DNA of 24,804 nucleotides, from NCBI GenBank assembly GCA_029259185.1, contig JAPDJF010000020.1, positions 1 through 24,804 of the forward strand, in the 5' to 3' direction. The notes beneath the pieces were generated by a model. The model was given only the letters and a program-made list of their open reading frames with translations. It searched no databases and was not told the DNA's origin. Shown piece by piece: positions 24,689 through 24,804 of the stretch. This stretch comes from Hadesarchaea archaeon. Its GTDB lineage: Archaea > Hadarchaeota > Hadarchaeia > Hadarchaeales > WYZ-LMO6. Every line of letters starts with the position of its first letter. The stretch's first letter is position 1. The position numbers were made by a program, and so were the translations under genes.

Positions 24689-24804
24689 CACCACCAAGGA
24701 GGCCCCGTCCGAGAGGGCGGGGAGGAATTGGTGAAAACTTTTTATGTATTGAAGGAAATAATCCCTACCGTGAAGCAGACGCTCTTGGTCAGGCTGAACC
24801 CCAC
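24689..24804 (+). mobile_element. Left end and start of another IS200/IS605 element; tnpB-like ORF starts at GTG 24770 and runs off the window
   Basis: CACCAA..CCCCGTCC-GAGA-GGGCGGGG..TTGGTG hairpin, TATA-like TTTTTATG at 24739-24746, ORF MKQTLLVRLNP resembling TnpB N-termini (only 11 codons visible). Confidence 0.6.

Overview
Archaeal chromosomal segment (GC-rich genes, AT-rich TATA promoters, mostly leaderless or short-leader genes; lineage cannot be fixed from sequence alone). From left to right: an oxidative-stress/metal block (rubrerythrin, desulfoferrodoxin, Ogg glycosylase, DUF211+VIT1, ArsP-type permease-ArsR-thioredoxin, DtxR regulator + putative Mn transporter); a carbohydrate block (GT4, GH65 phosphorylase, and a membrane-anchored CBM20-like repeat protein whose GH113-like barrel appears catalytically dead); a prenyl synthase; Mth938, NfeD and a convergent stomatin; an Lhr-unknown-metallophosphoesterase operon; DUF1028; and an inositol monophosphatase. 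The most striking feature is at least seven IS200/IS605 (TnpB) derived pieces with no tnpA and no complete tnpB in the window. Several are protein-less but keep long, well-folded RNAs abutting a right end (3603-3977, 5836-6003, 14380-14730), two sit directly against the TATA boxes of host genes, and one truncated tnpB lies next to an orphan CRISPR-repeat-like sequence and a perfect 38-bp palindrome. An unannotated 52-aa CxxC-x17-CxxC gene has a structured ~100-nt leader.
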